NCBI GenBank assembly: GCA_010093815.1
Contig: ML996578.1
Source: Pseudovirgaria hyperparasitica
Lineage: Eukaryota
Reading direction: 5' to 3' (one strand)
Length of the DNA: 64,000 nucleotides
Position 1 is the stretch's first letter. The number at the start of each line of letters is the position of its first letter. The position numbers were made by a program, and so were the translations under genes. Shown piece by piece: positions 39,086 through 52,667 of the stretch. A model generated the notes under the pieces. That model saw nothing but the letters and a program-made list of their open reading frames with translations. It was not told where the DNA came from and searched no databases.

Positions 39086-42030
39086 TACTGAAACCTTTTC
39101 TATTGGAGATGTTTACAGAACTGGTTTCAATATGTCTTATTGGACAGTATACAAATGGAGACTCAGATGTCTTTAGCACCGATGGCCTAAGTCGGACTAT
39201 TGTGTATATGGCATACTTACCGTTGGACCTGGCGAAGAATATATTCGATACGATGAAGTGGAGGCAACATCATACCTCAATTGCACGTGTTTGATTCCCA
39301 AGATATTCGATACTAGATACCCAATCTCCTTCATTGTTCCTATCTGTGCCTTTACCATAACGCAGTGTGGCCTTATTGTGTTCATCGACCGATCTCGATG
39401 TAGCGCCGTGCAGCTGATGGGACTGACAAATTCCATACGAACACGACGCGTGCATGATGAACCCGTGGGTTTACGCTCAGAGCCGTGCTAGCCGTGCCGG
39501 CTCGATGAGGAGTTTGGTACTGATTAGGCGCGCTATTGGCGGGATCGCCGGAGCTCGCTGGTGTGTAAGAAACGCAAGCCACCTTCGTGTTTATACCCCG
39601 TTTGGACGAATGGATTACTCCTAGCTGAGCTTGAACACCTCACAGTGGGTCAGGTGGGCGTTCGCATGACCTTGATGCGGTGGCGCTGTTGGTTAATCTT
39701 GACTGTTGTTGTTGGGTCTGGTGTGGATCGCTGACGGCAAACGTGTCTGTCGTGGCATGCACGCATGGAAGATTGATGAGACCAGCCGAGGGTGAAGATG
39801 AGATTTGGTGATTGAGGATGGGAAGAAGGTCACAAGGCGGTTCGGCATATGATACAGAAATATGTGCTGCCGCCGCATCGCATCGCGCATGGCCCCCACG
39901 AGTTTGCAGCCTCTAATCAACGCCACATGAAGGATCAAAGGGGGAGGGGGTTCAGACATAAGGCGTAAACGTACAGAGAGCTAGGCTCAACTCGCTTGCT
40001 TTTTCCAAGGCTGTACGATGCTGTGTGGTGCTGTGTACACTGAAAATGGATGTAGAGATTAGAGCAGTCAGCCTCATGCGTAGGATAAGGCCGAGAGGTG
40101 AGAAGTGGCGTGAAGATGTCTCTGAGAGGTTATGTACGGGATTGAAAGGTTTGGGAATAGTTGTTTGCTATCATGCCGTCATGCTAGCTTCCGGCGATGA
40201 ATACATACACATATGTAATCTTCAGTGAAGGCAAAGAAGGCATCTGGTTACAATGATATGCTGACTAAGAGACTATGGACCCTGGGTGCGGGCCGGGACA
40301 GCATGCGAATGCCACGAGGTTTACCGAAGCGGTTAGAAAAGATTACAACTACTTATCTCGAAGAGATTTGGAGCAATATGTGCTAAGTAATTAGGCAACT
40401 AGTAAAGAGGCATCCATATGGTATTCGAACAGGGTATATTCCGGTCTCACTTTGAAGATGCTCTCTTTAGGTTGCACAACATTGGTGTGGTGCTCGAGTC
40501 ATGCTAGACTGCTTATAATCGGGTCAAGTCCTTTGGAACATCCTATGGAGCAGGAACAGAAGTGTACAACAAGACGTACAACAGTACAACTTGAAATCCA
40601 ACATGTAAGCAGACGGTGATAGGGAGGTGTCTCGCGCAACTTTCCCGATGCGGGCACTAACTTTGAAGTCAAACTAGCATGACTGATGCGAAAGCAAGAG
40701 GCTTATAATGATACGAGGAATGGATGGTAGCTTTTATTATAGTGTGCAGATGTTAGCGAACTGTATCAAAGTACCAAAGACGAAGGAGAAACCAAGAGAA
40801 CGAGGCTTAGGGCTAGCAAGGGACCGGCATAGACGAGGGCACAATATTTTACCCCTTTGGGTAAGTTGACTGTGAACACCGCAACAGGGTGTTCGTCTTC
40901 TGGACACACAGCGGGAGGGACCCCAGTAAGAAGTGGGTCGCGCCCTCCAGCCCGGGACATCAAACGTGGGGCCCACACGAACACCATCACCTTCACAACC
41001 ACATACCTACTGCTCCTCATACTTAACGGTAGGGCCGTCTTCGTCTTCCCTATTCCAATTCCCACTCGGGACCCTTCATATACTGAGTTATATATGTAGT
41101 GTGTTATGCAAGTCGCCATACTATGCGGGCCTCGGAATTTTGGACAAGGCCTAGTCCCCCGGGCGCATGCACCGTTGATCAACCGTTCGCGCCGTGGCAT
41201 TCGTTTAGGATGCTGACATGATCATCGCATCTCGTCAGATGTACAGCGTCTAGATACCCCGAATCTGTCGCTGTGTCCTTGGTCGATCTCTTGAAGTCTA
41301 GCACTGATGGGCACGCCAACAACGATGCCGATGCCGATGCAGATGCCGATGCCGAAAAACATTAAAATCACTATTCCAAGTGCCAGGTCACTCGCTGGTA
41401 ATAGCATGAGGAATATCACTCATGGAATCCTTTATGCCAGCCTGGTGTCTCGTGTTGTCCGAGCACGGTACGAGAATGCTGGGGTCATCGGCCCGCAAAG
41501 GAATGCTCCTTGACAGCGCACAAACATGATCCAATTGCCACATCCATCCACACCCAACACGAGTTCGCAGCGACTTCCAGTTCGTCAGAACTGCGCCCAC
41601 AGGCCAGGCTAAACTACGCCCTTCAATCTGAGAATTCGCGCGCGCATGATCGCCCCTTACTCGGCCCCCTCGGATAACCTCGTCAATCGGACCGGATAGG
41701 GCTGGTAGGGCTGTCGCTTTGCGGCCCCGAATCACACAAGCAAGTCCTTGGCCTTGGCGGACCGCATTCTTGGATGCCAATCAGGGAGCAGGCTGGAGGA
41801 TCATCACACGGTATGACACGCGACCTCGCATCTGCCAACCGCACCAAAGCCTCGTGCTGCGTTGTTTGTGTCCAGCGTGCAAGATTCACTCTGTGGCGCT
41901 GCTCTCAGCCAATCCGTCTGATTCCATATCCAACGCGCCCTACGCAAATCCCGCTCACCCACCTACTGAAACGGGTTTCATGTCAACGCCAAGGATCCCC
42001 CCCTCAAGCGCGCAGACTATTTTTAGTGCG

Positions 42031-42106
42031 TTCATCTGCGGAGTTTGTGCCGCTCCGGCTTCTAGAAAATACGACATGCGGCGTGATTGAGCTACGCAGC
42101 CTGCAC
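42031..42106 (+). pseudogene. Decayed C2H2 zinc-finger remnant
   Basis: FICGVCAAPASRKYDMRR(D)-frameshift-ELRSLH fits C-x2-C-x12-H-x5-H with the first His replaced and a 1-nt frameshift; stop at 42088-42090. Confidence 0.35.
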
Positions 42107-45100
42107 GCACGCGCATAAGGGGGGGACGGCTGCATCAAATAACACCGCTATGAGACCCATGACATACGCGCTGCAGAAAAGAGATTGTGATCACAACTAG
42201 TCTATTCCGCCCCTAATGCCCGTTCTAGAGATTGTATGCTGGAGGCCTGAACCGTGGGCTGGGGAAGGGGGTGGCTGCGTATTTGAATATGCAATGGAAT
42301 CTATGTGAAGGTGGCGGCACGGTGAGACATTTCTGAGAGCATCAAATCAGGAGCTCTATACCACGACGCGCCCAGCTGACAAAAGTAGATGATGACACAT
42401 GCAAGCTCCAACAGTCGCAACAGCAGGCTGTCAAACTCAAACGCCCTTAAGAGTCAAGACTCACTCAACTCAAGACTCAAAGACTCAAGAGGGTGCCGCT
42501 GGCTGTGCTGTGCGGTAAAACCTGCGACGCGGACGCGGCTCTGCGTGCGATCGGCGCCGCCCGTTCGTGCAACGTGAGACGTGGGTCGTTCAGGCCATAT
42601 CCCGCCCAAGCCATTCCCAAATCCTCTTTCGAAATCCCACTACGCCGCAAATGGTGATTTGACGAAACGCAGGGCCGGCGCCGATTGGTGCAAGCCATTT
42701 TCATAATCACCCGGTCTGTGGATCCGGTCCATGGATCATGCTGAATGGGTAATTATTCTTCTTTACTATAACGCATTCCTGATCAGGCGCTTCCGGGGCG
42801 GGCACCAACCAAAAGCACGGATGAATGGAGGATTGCTGTTTTGGATCTAATACGACCGTTTTCATCGACGGCTAGCTTGCTACCTACCACAAATGCCCTA
42901 ACCCATACAACATGATTTTTAATTGTTGTCGTCGGCATGATCAGCAGATCGAGATAACTTGCAGCTGCTGCTGCCCGTGCAAAGAGACGCACAGAACGCA
43001 AAGTAGTTGAATGAAAACTCTGTCTCCTCATTGCATTTCATAAACCACCGACGGGCGTTTCAGATGCTGCAAAACTATCTGGGATTCCCCAGACTCGACA
43101 CCCGCGGCTAGACATGGCATGTAAATTTGCGCGCGCGCCATGTCACGTCCATCTATCTTTCATATACGCAGAATGTAGGTGCTGATTCATACTAATATAT
43201 CTGGTATGCCGGTCGCTTCATACTTTGGCATGTTATTGCTGTTTTCTTAGCTTGGTTTTACTAGGGGTGTGCTCAATGCTCTATACTGCTGCATGTGTAA
43301 CTTTCTAGAGCGACTGCAAATCCGTCGTTCCGATGTTAGAGTAGACATGGAGTGCATGTACTGTAGTATCCTAAGACCTGCAATGATACAAAGATGCTCT
43401 AAGCAGTTATCAATCAATGCACACAGCAGAATATAATACAAATAAATATGACAACACTTACACACACAGCCGACGCGTAGTTGATGAATCCTCAAAAAGA
43501 GCATCAAATGAAACAAACAAACAAACAGAACGAATCTTCGTTGCGGACCATCCATTGACTTGTGTTCTCTAACAGGACATCTCGAGCAGAAAGGCAGGCA
43601 AGAAGGCAAAGCGAGAGAGGAAATGAATATCTTGCTTGCTTGCTTAAGATGGTATTACTTGTATATGTGAGCGAGTGATTGTATAAAGGGATGACTTATA
43701 AGGCTATAGTAGACTTGCACATTATATACCTGGGACATATATATGACCTCTACATATATAATAGTTTTACAAAGTATATGCGTATAATGCATACACATAT
43801 ACACGTCTATACACATATCTATATATTCGGTCATCATGCACATACATATACATGTGCCTGCACTCGTGCATTACATACATATAAAACATATGTGTTCGTT
43901 CTAGAACATCCACATGATCTACCTAGTTAGTACCCACGCGCCCCTAGAACATAACAAGCCCAGCAAGAAGGATTACATCCAAGCGCAAAGCACCGCACAA
44001 CACGCGCAGCAACGGCAAAGTAGAATTGACCGTGAGTCAGTCAGTTAGTTAGTTAGCCGCATAGTAGCACGTTTCAAGCACTCCGAATTCCAAATCCATG
44101 AATCAATCCATAACTCCATAAATCTCAAAACTTAAAAAACCCAAAGTCCAGAATCCCAAAATGCTTAGTTTCATACATTCGTGATTCAAAACGAACAAGA
44201 ATCGTCGTCAACTTTAGTAGTCCAAACAAAATACAAAACAATTCAAACAACTCGACAACAACAACAAAAACAAACAATATCCACAATCCGTGCTGCACTA
44301 GATTACACACCACTGCACACAACACACCCAACCTTAGTCACCACCCTAACCCCAACCTCCCACACTAACCATAACCGTACCTAACCATACAGTACTACCT
44401 ACTAGTAAGCCCACTAAGCCACACTAATCCCCAAAACCGACTAGCCAGCCCTACATACACCTACATCTCCGTCCCCATGTCGGAAATCCCGAATACGGTG
44501 CGAAGCTTTCCAGTACGTACCACCACCACCACCTATTTAATTAAAGGTTTTGCTTTGTACACAAGGGTAATTAGGTGGGATAATTAGGGTACGTACCTTT
44601 AGGGCATCCTAGTGCCAAAGCTACGGGTACCTATCTACCTGGGCTGTACTTTACTTTGGGTACGGTCGGTACGGCGGCGGTGGGTACCTAAGGTACGTAC
44701 CTACTAGCTTAGGTAAGGTACGGTACATACATCGTCAATGCAATGCATGCAGGCATGCAAGTGCTCGAGCGTTTGAGTATGCCGTCGGATTACCTACCTT
44801 GGGTGTAGTGGTGCTGGTGCTGGGGAGCGGCCCAAGTTCCCAACCACGAAAAAAGTGCTGGGTTGGGGATGGATCGCTCTCAGTCATGTCAGTCAGTCAG
44901 GCAGTCAGTCAGTGTGTCTCTCTTAGAGGGAGGGGTAAAATTAAAAAGTCACGATCAGGTTGTTGTTTGGTTTAAAATTCATTTCATTGCTCTCTCTCCT
45001 TCAGATCATTCAGCGCTTTGACGTGGTGTGGTGTGGTGTGGTGCGGTAATGGTAATAATGATGATGATTATCTCCTTCGCCTTCGCCTCCTCCTCTACTA

Positions 45101-45837
45101 CAACCGTCTCAGGTCTCTATTCGTGCTCGCCGGGGGGGTATAAACCAGCTTGCGAGCCCAAGCCCAAGCCCGGCCCAGACTCGCGGGTATCTATGCCATG
45201 CATGATAAAATAGCCAGCGTGAATAATATGCATGCTCCATGGTGCCTGATGTCATCCTGTCCTCTCCTAGGTGTCCTTCCCTCATTACCTTCCAAATACT
45301 ATTCAAATGCTCGCCAAGACTGCCTCCCTCCCAACCACCCTAAGTCCACCCCGCCCAAGTCCTTCAACCCAAAAATGCAATGCAAATTACAAACAAGATA
45401 ATAGAGTAATAAGAAAAAAAGACAAACGCAAGTAATGGGTATTAGTACATGGAGAGACACGTATACTGTGATATGCTTCTTTCGAGACGGCCGTTACGCT
45501 CCAGATATGACTGGGATGCAGCAAAGGTCGATATGACCAATGCCCCAAAAATGCTGTGACTCCAACGCTGTAGGAAACAGGACGATCGCTCAACATGATG
45601 TCTAATGGAAACGCTAAATGCAAATCAAGATGCGATCGAGATGGCTGACTTCGGTTTGTTCAGACTGGATGGTGTAGCGAGATGCTGTGCTGTGCGATGG
45701 CCGTGATCTAGGAAAAATTCATGTATGCTGCTATGTGTTGTGCGTGTGTATCTGGCTCCAAGGTAGGTCGTGTACGCAAATCCACGGTGAATTATGGTTC
45801 AGAATGCCTTCCCGCTTCACACTATTAATTATGTTGC

Positions 45838-47235
45838 TCAGGACACCTCCATTCTTTGTCTGATGACGTTGCCTTCTCTTCCTCGGCCTGTCGACCCGGT
45901 GCTATGCCCACTTCGAGCACTGTGGACACTGTGAGAGCTATGCGCGCTGTGGATACTTCTTGGACTTCCACGGCTGCCTTGGCTCTGCCTGTCCTCACCG
46001 TTTCTGCTTGCACTTGCTTGGCTGGAGTTGGCATTGTCATTGCGGCTTCTGTGATCGATCGTACTGCTCTCGTAGCTCCGGTGGCTCATCGAGTCCAGTT
46101 CTACTCTTGATGGTGGATTTGAGTACTCAATCTGCGTTGCGTATGGACGTGGCCCATACCCTTCGCTGGTCGGTGGCCTTTGCTGCAGCGCTGCTGACGA
46201 GTAACCTTGTATGACCGGTGGCGGCGGTTGAGCAGCAAGGTCGTTCCGCCGTCCTTGCTTCGTGGCAGTAACAGCGAGAGGATAGGATGCAGTAGCATAA
46301 GATGGTGGAGTCATCTGAGGATTAGAGTAGTAGGCTGCTGCGGCACTGAGTGGTGCAGCGTGCGGTGAAGTGGACGCAGCCTCTGATCCAGCCGTGGCTG
46401 CAGCGTTCAGTTGGAACACTGGCTGGTTGGCCCGCTGTGCGATCTCGTCAGGCCCCAATGTCCAGTGCATTGCTTCAGCAGAGCGCCACGGAACACCCAT
46501 TTCCGATGCAACCTTCTGCCACATTGCTTCTTTGAAGCTAAGACGCGTTAGAGTCGAGATAATCAGATACTGTGGACATGCTTACCGGACGTAGAGTCGC
46601 GCGAGCTTATTTTTCTTCTCCTCGTCCCAGTGTGCGCGCTTCTCGAGGTAGTTTTGATAGCGAAGTCGGCATGAGATGGCACTCCGTCCAGGAATCCTCT
46701 TGGAAATGTCCTCCCACTTCATACCTTGACCCCTTAACTCGACAGTGAGCTCATCTTCCTCCTGAGTCCACTTCGTGGTCTTCTTCTGCGGCGATTCATC
46801 GACCAGTGGCGTTTGCGATGCTGTACGCTTGATGGAGAGGCTTTGTAGAGGCGGAGAAGCCAATCCAGAATGACCTGAGTTGTAGTGAGGCGGACCGTTA
46901 TGATGGGCACCGAAAGATAGGGGTCGAAAGGCATTGTTCTGGTGTAGCTCGTGAGGTTGTTGCAGTGGCTGGATAGATGGAAGGGATTGCAGAGTTGATA
47001 CATGCGGGAGCTGGTGCATAGGAGGTTGATGAGCAGAGGTCGCAGTTGGCGAGACGACGGGCAGAGAGGTTGGCGTCGCATATGCACTGGCAGGCGTGTA
47101 GTGGGGAGTTGAAGTCGACGTCGAAGTCGGCCCAGCTCTGCTTACGCCGGCTGCGGAGCTTGTCGGAGAGGTGGCATGCTTATTGGCAGGCTGAGACGCA
47201 GAGTCTCGCGACTCGAGAAGAAGTGAGATATCCAC
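45838..47235 (-). CDS. Myb/SANT DNA-binding transcription factor, apparent GTG start
   Basis: Exons 47235-46586, 46537-45838; KWTQEEDELTVELRGQGMKWEDISKRIPGRSAISCRLRYQNYLEK and second repeat WDEEKKNKLARLY..MWQKVASEMGVPWRSAEAMHW. Confidence 0.88.
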
Positions 47236-48433
47236 GATTGCAGGAAGAGTGAGCTAGCGGAGTCTTCGCCAGCTCTAGCAAATACCCAGATGTGTATATC
47301 GTAAACAGGCCCAGGCGCGGGTGAAAAGGATAGGTAAGTCGAAGTGCTCAGTTGTGGTGCGAGACCTTGGCGGGGAGAAGTGACGATCAAACAATTAGTC
47401 CTTGGGAGTGTGTTGCAAGGTGGCCAAGGTGAGAGAGGAATGGAGCAAGCCAGAGGTTTCTTTCCACCACAGATAAGATGACAGTTACCTTAGCACTGCA
47501 TGCGTGCAATGTAACGGAAATGGCAGCTGAACCAGACTCTGTGCGAGGCGGGTTGGACGAGGTTTGTTTACGTTGAAGCTGTGTACCACGACCACGGAAG
47601 AAGCACAAAAGTGATTGCCTTGTGCGGAGGAAGATGACAGCGAGATCCAATGATCTCTGCCTGGAAAAGAACAAGTGCAACGAAACAGTCTGGTAAGCGG
47701 ATCCAGGGTTCCTGGTCTGGAGGGCTGACGGTACTTTGTTGAAGGTACTTTTCTTAGCTGTTGACGAGGGGGAGACAGCAGCGATGTTTAGAAGATGGAG
47801 AGAGGCAAGTCGAGTATTGGAGAGGAGCGAGAAGGACAAGTAGAGCCGAAGGAATAGTGCAGTGATAGAAGGACCATTAAGAGTTCGCAACAGAGCTGGA
47901 AGGGTCTCAGTGGATGCTCGCTAAAGTTAGAGTGCTTGGTCGAGGGTGAATTCGCAGGGCTGTGCGACGAGTGTTGATCCAATCGACGCTGACCAAGCTT
48001 AGCATCAAGCCGCACGGGACACGATGGATGGAAGAGGTGCAGAGCAGAGACGAAGGGGAGCGGACAGGGCAGATGTTGGATATGACGCAGTAGTAGTGGA
48101 GGAGGAGTGAGTGATGAGTGAGGAGTAAGGGCAGTTGTAGGCCTGTAGGGTTGTAGGGTTGTAGGGTTGTAGACAGCTGTAGGCCCGTATGCTTTGCTTG
48201 TAGCTTGGAAACGGGGCCACAAAAGGAAAAGCTGCGGAATGTTGAGCTGCTGAGCAACGACGGCGTAAAGACCGAGTTGTGAGTGGCAGCAAGATATTCC
48301 TGGCTGCAAAAAGCTACAGGCCACGAGCTTCTTTGAATGCGAATGCTAGGAACTGTCGACGCCCGAAGCGGCTCTAGTGGAGACGGGTGTCGCGTTGCAC
48401 AAGAGCCGTGAGATGTGCGTTTGGGGTGTGCCA

Positions 48434-48450
48434 GGGGGGGGGGGGGGGGG
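48434..48450 (+). repeat. G17 homopolymer within a G-tract cluster
   Basis: Directly visible; further GGG/GGGG tracts from 48423 to 48478. Confidence 0.9.
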
Positions 48451-51400
48451 AGGGGGGTGGAAGGGACAAGAAGGGAGGTCCCTGGTTGTGGGGAGGTGCG
48501 CAGAACAGAGAGGGAGAAAGGGAAATATGGAAAGTTCAAAAGGTGCAGGAATAGTAAAGAAGGTTATTACCTAGAACTAGGCGAGATAGGCGACCAAGGG
48601 AAGACGATTGGGGCGGTGAAGATCATGGTTCCAGGCTAATTAGACGGTGGACAACATATTATAACGATGTGTTGTGTGTGTATGAATCAAGTGATGGAAC
48701 AGCCCATAGTAGTAGTAATTATTAATACCAGCAGCCCTGAGTAGTAGTAAATAAACACTTGGGAGCAGGTCATGGTACTAGGGAGCAGTGGGCGTGTATG
48801 TCCTTGGCTAGGTATTACTGGAATCGTCGAAGAAGCCGCTGACGTGTCCCGAAGACGATTAGACGCGCCACTTCTTCTGCGCCCTCTCCCTGGGTACGTA
48901 CCTATGAGTGACTGAGTGAGACTGAGAGATTGAGAGATAGAAAGAGACAGGCACGGAGATGTTGACATACATTGGCATTGACGTTGCCAATACTAGCAGA
49001 GTGGAGTCTGTAAAGTGTTTCTGCGTCTCCTTTTTCTTCTTCTTCTACTTCTTCTGCTGCTTGTGCTTGTACTTGTGCTTGTGCTTCAACGTTCCGGGAC
49101 TGCCAGCGGAAGATCTGTTGTCGATGGGGCATGCGAACATGGATGGAACTACCCAGCTAGCTTCTGGAGGCCCTTGCCACTCAAACGGCCTTGGTAAAGG
49201 GGAGGGGGGGGTGAGGGGGGCCAGGTAGGATTATAGTTGATTGACTGTTGGCCCCCGTCAGATCACCCACAGCCCAAGTGCAAGTGCAAGCAAGCAAGTT
49301 CATTCCAAGGCCGAGCGAACCCTTGGTTTCCGGAGTGAGAGAGCAAATGCACTATGCGACGCCATGGACGAAGCCAGTCGATCATAGACGAGGATGATGC
49401 GGCTGCTGATGCTGCTGATGATGTTGTTGCACGAGGCGCGTGCTTGGAGGGGAGGCTGGTGGGATTCCGGTGTACCCCTTCAGGCTTCGCTAGCTATTAC
49501 CATCTCTATCCTTAGTCAACATGAACACGAACACATACCGGACACTAAACACTAAACGCTAAACACTGAATGAATGAACGAATCCCACAAATTGCGTGGG
49601 CTATTACTTCAGATCCAGCCTTCACGCCTCAGACTTTCAGACTTCAGACTTCATGCTTCTTCAGACTTCCGGCCCGCCCTTTTAATTTACCACGTCTATG
49701 ATCCATCCACTCGCCCTGCAAAAGAAAGATGCTCATGCTGTGATGCTGATGCTGCCATTGTCCGCCATCAACTCCAGCAGAATCTCTTAGACAAGAATGA
49801 CATAACTTGGGCGGTGAAGGTGGTACAGCGTGTCCGTTCACGCGTCCGCCATGATGCAACCTTCAGGCCGTCGTTCGCCCCATCCAACGAATTAGACGGT
49901 TGTGTGAACATCTTGTTCAGACTTCTCATAGTCACGCGGCCATGTACAAGCCGCGTGCTAGGGCTGAATCTACCACCATCACCGGCCGAACCTTCATATA
50001 ATAAGAATAAGCCTTCCCGTTCGCGCGAACCCTTTGCCTTAGTCGGCGCGTGTCGGCTCGGATATACCCACCGAATGTGCTGCCTGCCTGTTCTGACGAC
50101 CTGTTTTGCCTCTTCCCGGACTCACAACGCCTCAAGGAACTACTCAAGGTCTAGACAGGCTACTTGGGTCCTTCTGGGCTCTTGGTCCATGACTTCCGTC
50201 GATCCAAAGTCCGTTTCTCTGTACCCTTCATCCTTGTACTTACATATAGCGGTGTGGTCCTGCCATCCGGTCCGAATGGCAATGCCAGCTTTTCTGCCTG
50301 TTCGTTGAATCGCTCGACCTACATAATAATCTTCGGCGTCTCACGTCTCAGGCAAAGAGTCACGGTGGTCAAAGAGTCTGTAACAGCGGTGTGGGCATCT
50401 TGAGTGCTGACAACGCGACTGATGTACTAGGCAGAACACGTCGCCATCTGACCTTGGTAGTCCAAGTAAGTAACTGCTTGAACGTGTCACTGATCTGGTT
50501 ATTCCCGCATTGAGCCATATCCATGCTGTTGACCAGACGGGCGTGCAGCGTCAGAGGATCGGACCAAGTCAGATGCTATTGCTGAGCCTTACCCGTAATG
50601 GACCGGAGAACTAAGGAGGCTTGGCGGTCACGCAAAACAACAAGCCGACACATAGCCCTGGGGGTGTAATTAGTTTGAGATGTGCGGTCCCAAGGTTGTG
50701 AGCGACTTTTTTTGTTTATGCCGTTTTATACCTGTAACCCGGCTTAAGGTGGGGAAGGAGCGGCATCCCCGAATGCCTGGTCCCGCCTCCGTCGCACCAC
50801 GTCAGCAACCAGAAGCCACGAGCAGACAACGAGCAGAGGAGATGGACTTGTGAGGAGGCGTGATGCAGTCGACGGCCTTGCTTGGGTGGCTTGATAGTGC
50901 AATCAGAGCAGCCAGCAATGCTCAGATGGACTACTGTTGACCTTGCTCAGTTAGGAGGAGTGGTTGGGCAGTCGTGGGCCAACAGCAAACCACCAGCCAC
51001 GAATGTAGCGTGTGGTTGAGGTGAGGCTCTTAGGACGACAAGGCTCAAGGCCGGTCGGCGGACAGGAAAAGAACGGAGCAGACGGGCATGCATGGATCAT
51101 GGATGCGCAGAAGTGGAGTCACGATGAATGACAGCTCAGCCTGACAGCAGGCAGAAAGCAAGGAGAGCCTTGGAAACATAGGACATGGGACATGGAGGCA
51201 TGGTTGAGGTGGTGAGGAGAAGATGGAAATGAGGAATAATGGAGTTCATCTATCTAATGTGGTGCTGTGGAGCAAACGGTCGCGATTGCCGATTGGAAGT
51301 GAAGGAGGTGCAGCAGTGCAGAATGTGAAAAGTACCTTGCACTTGCAGGCTCCGGAGCAATAACAGCTGCGGGCCGTGAGTGCAGGAGGTGAACTATATT

Positions 51401-52667
51401 CTTGATGCGGACTTTTTGAGTTGGTTGAATACTGCAGCTCATGGCTTTTTCTTTAGGGAGAGGGAGGTGAAGTGAATGGCTGGCCCAGGTCAGGGTGACA
51501 AGTGGCAGGGACCCCAGATGTCCGTGGGCGTGATTGAGGGAGGTCCCCACAAAGCACAAAGACACTGCACAAGCCTCTCGCGCGGCTGTTTCAGAGTTGA
51601 CCATTGTTCTGGAACGGCGCTGTGACGCTTGCGGCGACTTGTGGTGATTAGGGACAATGACAACAATGACTGTGGCAGTGGTAGTGATGGTAGTGACACT
51701 GACACTGACAGTGACAATGACAGACATCGCCATTGACAGTACCTCCGAGCACAAGACACTGGTCCTAAGGGTGTGGACAGATACCCAAGTCTATGTCACT
51801 CACTCATGACGACATGATGTTCTGTCCTACATTTGTTGACTGATCGTCGTGTCAATCAATATCGAATAACAGTGGCCCTATCTGCAATACACTGCACTGC
51901 TGCTGTCCCTCACTTCTAGCCAGATGGCCGGGTCGTGATGCGGGCTATGGCAATGGCTATGGCAATGGCTATAGCTATGATTGGTAAATCTCCATCGATG
52001 AGGCTGAGACTCTTTTAGACTTCCAATTGCATTGATAAAATGACTTTGATTGAACTGAATCTTGTTGTTATCACCCTTGACCTTGACCTTAACCCTGACC
52101 TGGCTGGACCTTCACTTTCGCTTTCGTCTTCGCCTTCGCCTTGACTTTTTTTTTCTTTTTCATCCGCCGGCCTAGAAGCACAAGCCACTTCAGTCCTACC
52201 GATACCGACTCCACTACGCCACAGCCGCCGCCGCGCCACTAATCATACTAGCCATGACCATAACCACCAAACCACAACCACAACGACCACAGCCATCGCC
52301 ATCATCTCGTCTACTTTTCACGTTTCCTCCTGTTCCTGCGCTTCGTTCAATCGTTCACCGCCGCTTCATCACCCACGACTCACAACTGCCGACGCACCCT
52401 TCAGCTCTCTCCTCTCGTCACTTGATCCCGCAAATGACGCCAGCGCCTTCTCCGAACCGCTGCAAACTGCTGATCTATCCATTCTACTGATCTCCCTCCT
52501 CTGCCCTTCCTCGGCTCTACAGATCGTCTCTAATTCGACAGCACGTCCCCGTGCCCTACAGATCGTGACATCTCAGACACGGATCTACTGCTGTCCAGCT
52601 ACCACGCCTCGCATCTTCACGTTCAATTTTAGACCGTCAAGACAGAAAAAAAAAACTCGCCGACACG

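Noticed and set aside
44340..44395. Telomerase RNA template or interstitial telomere
   Set aside because: Only one exact CCCTAA in a low-complexity tract; no tandem array or supporting structure.
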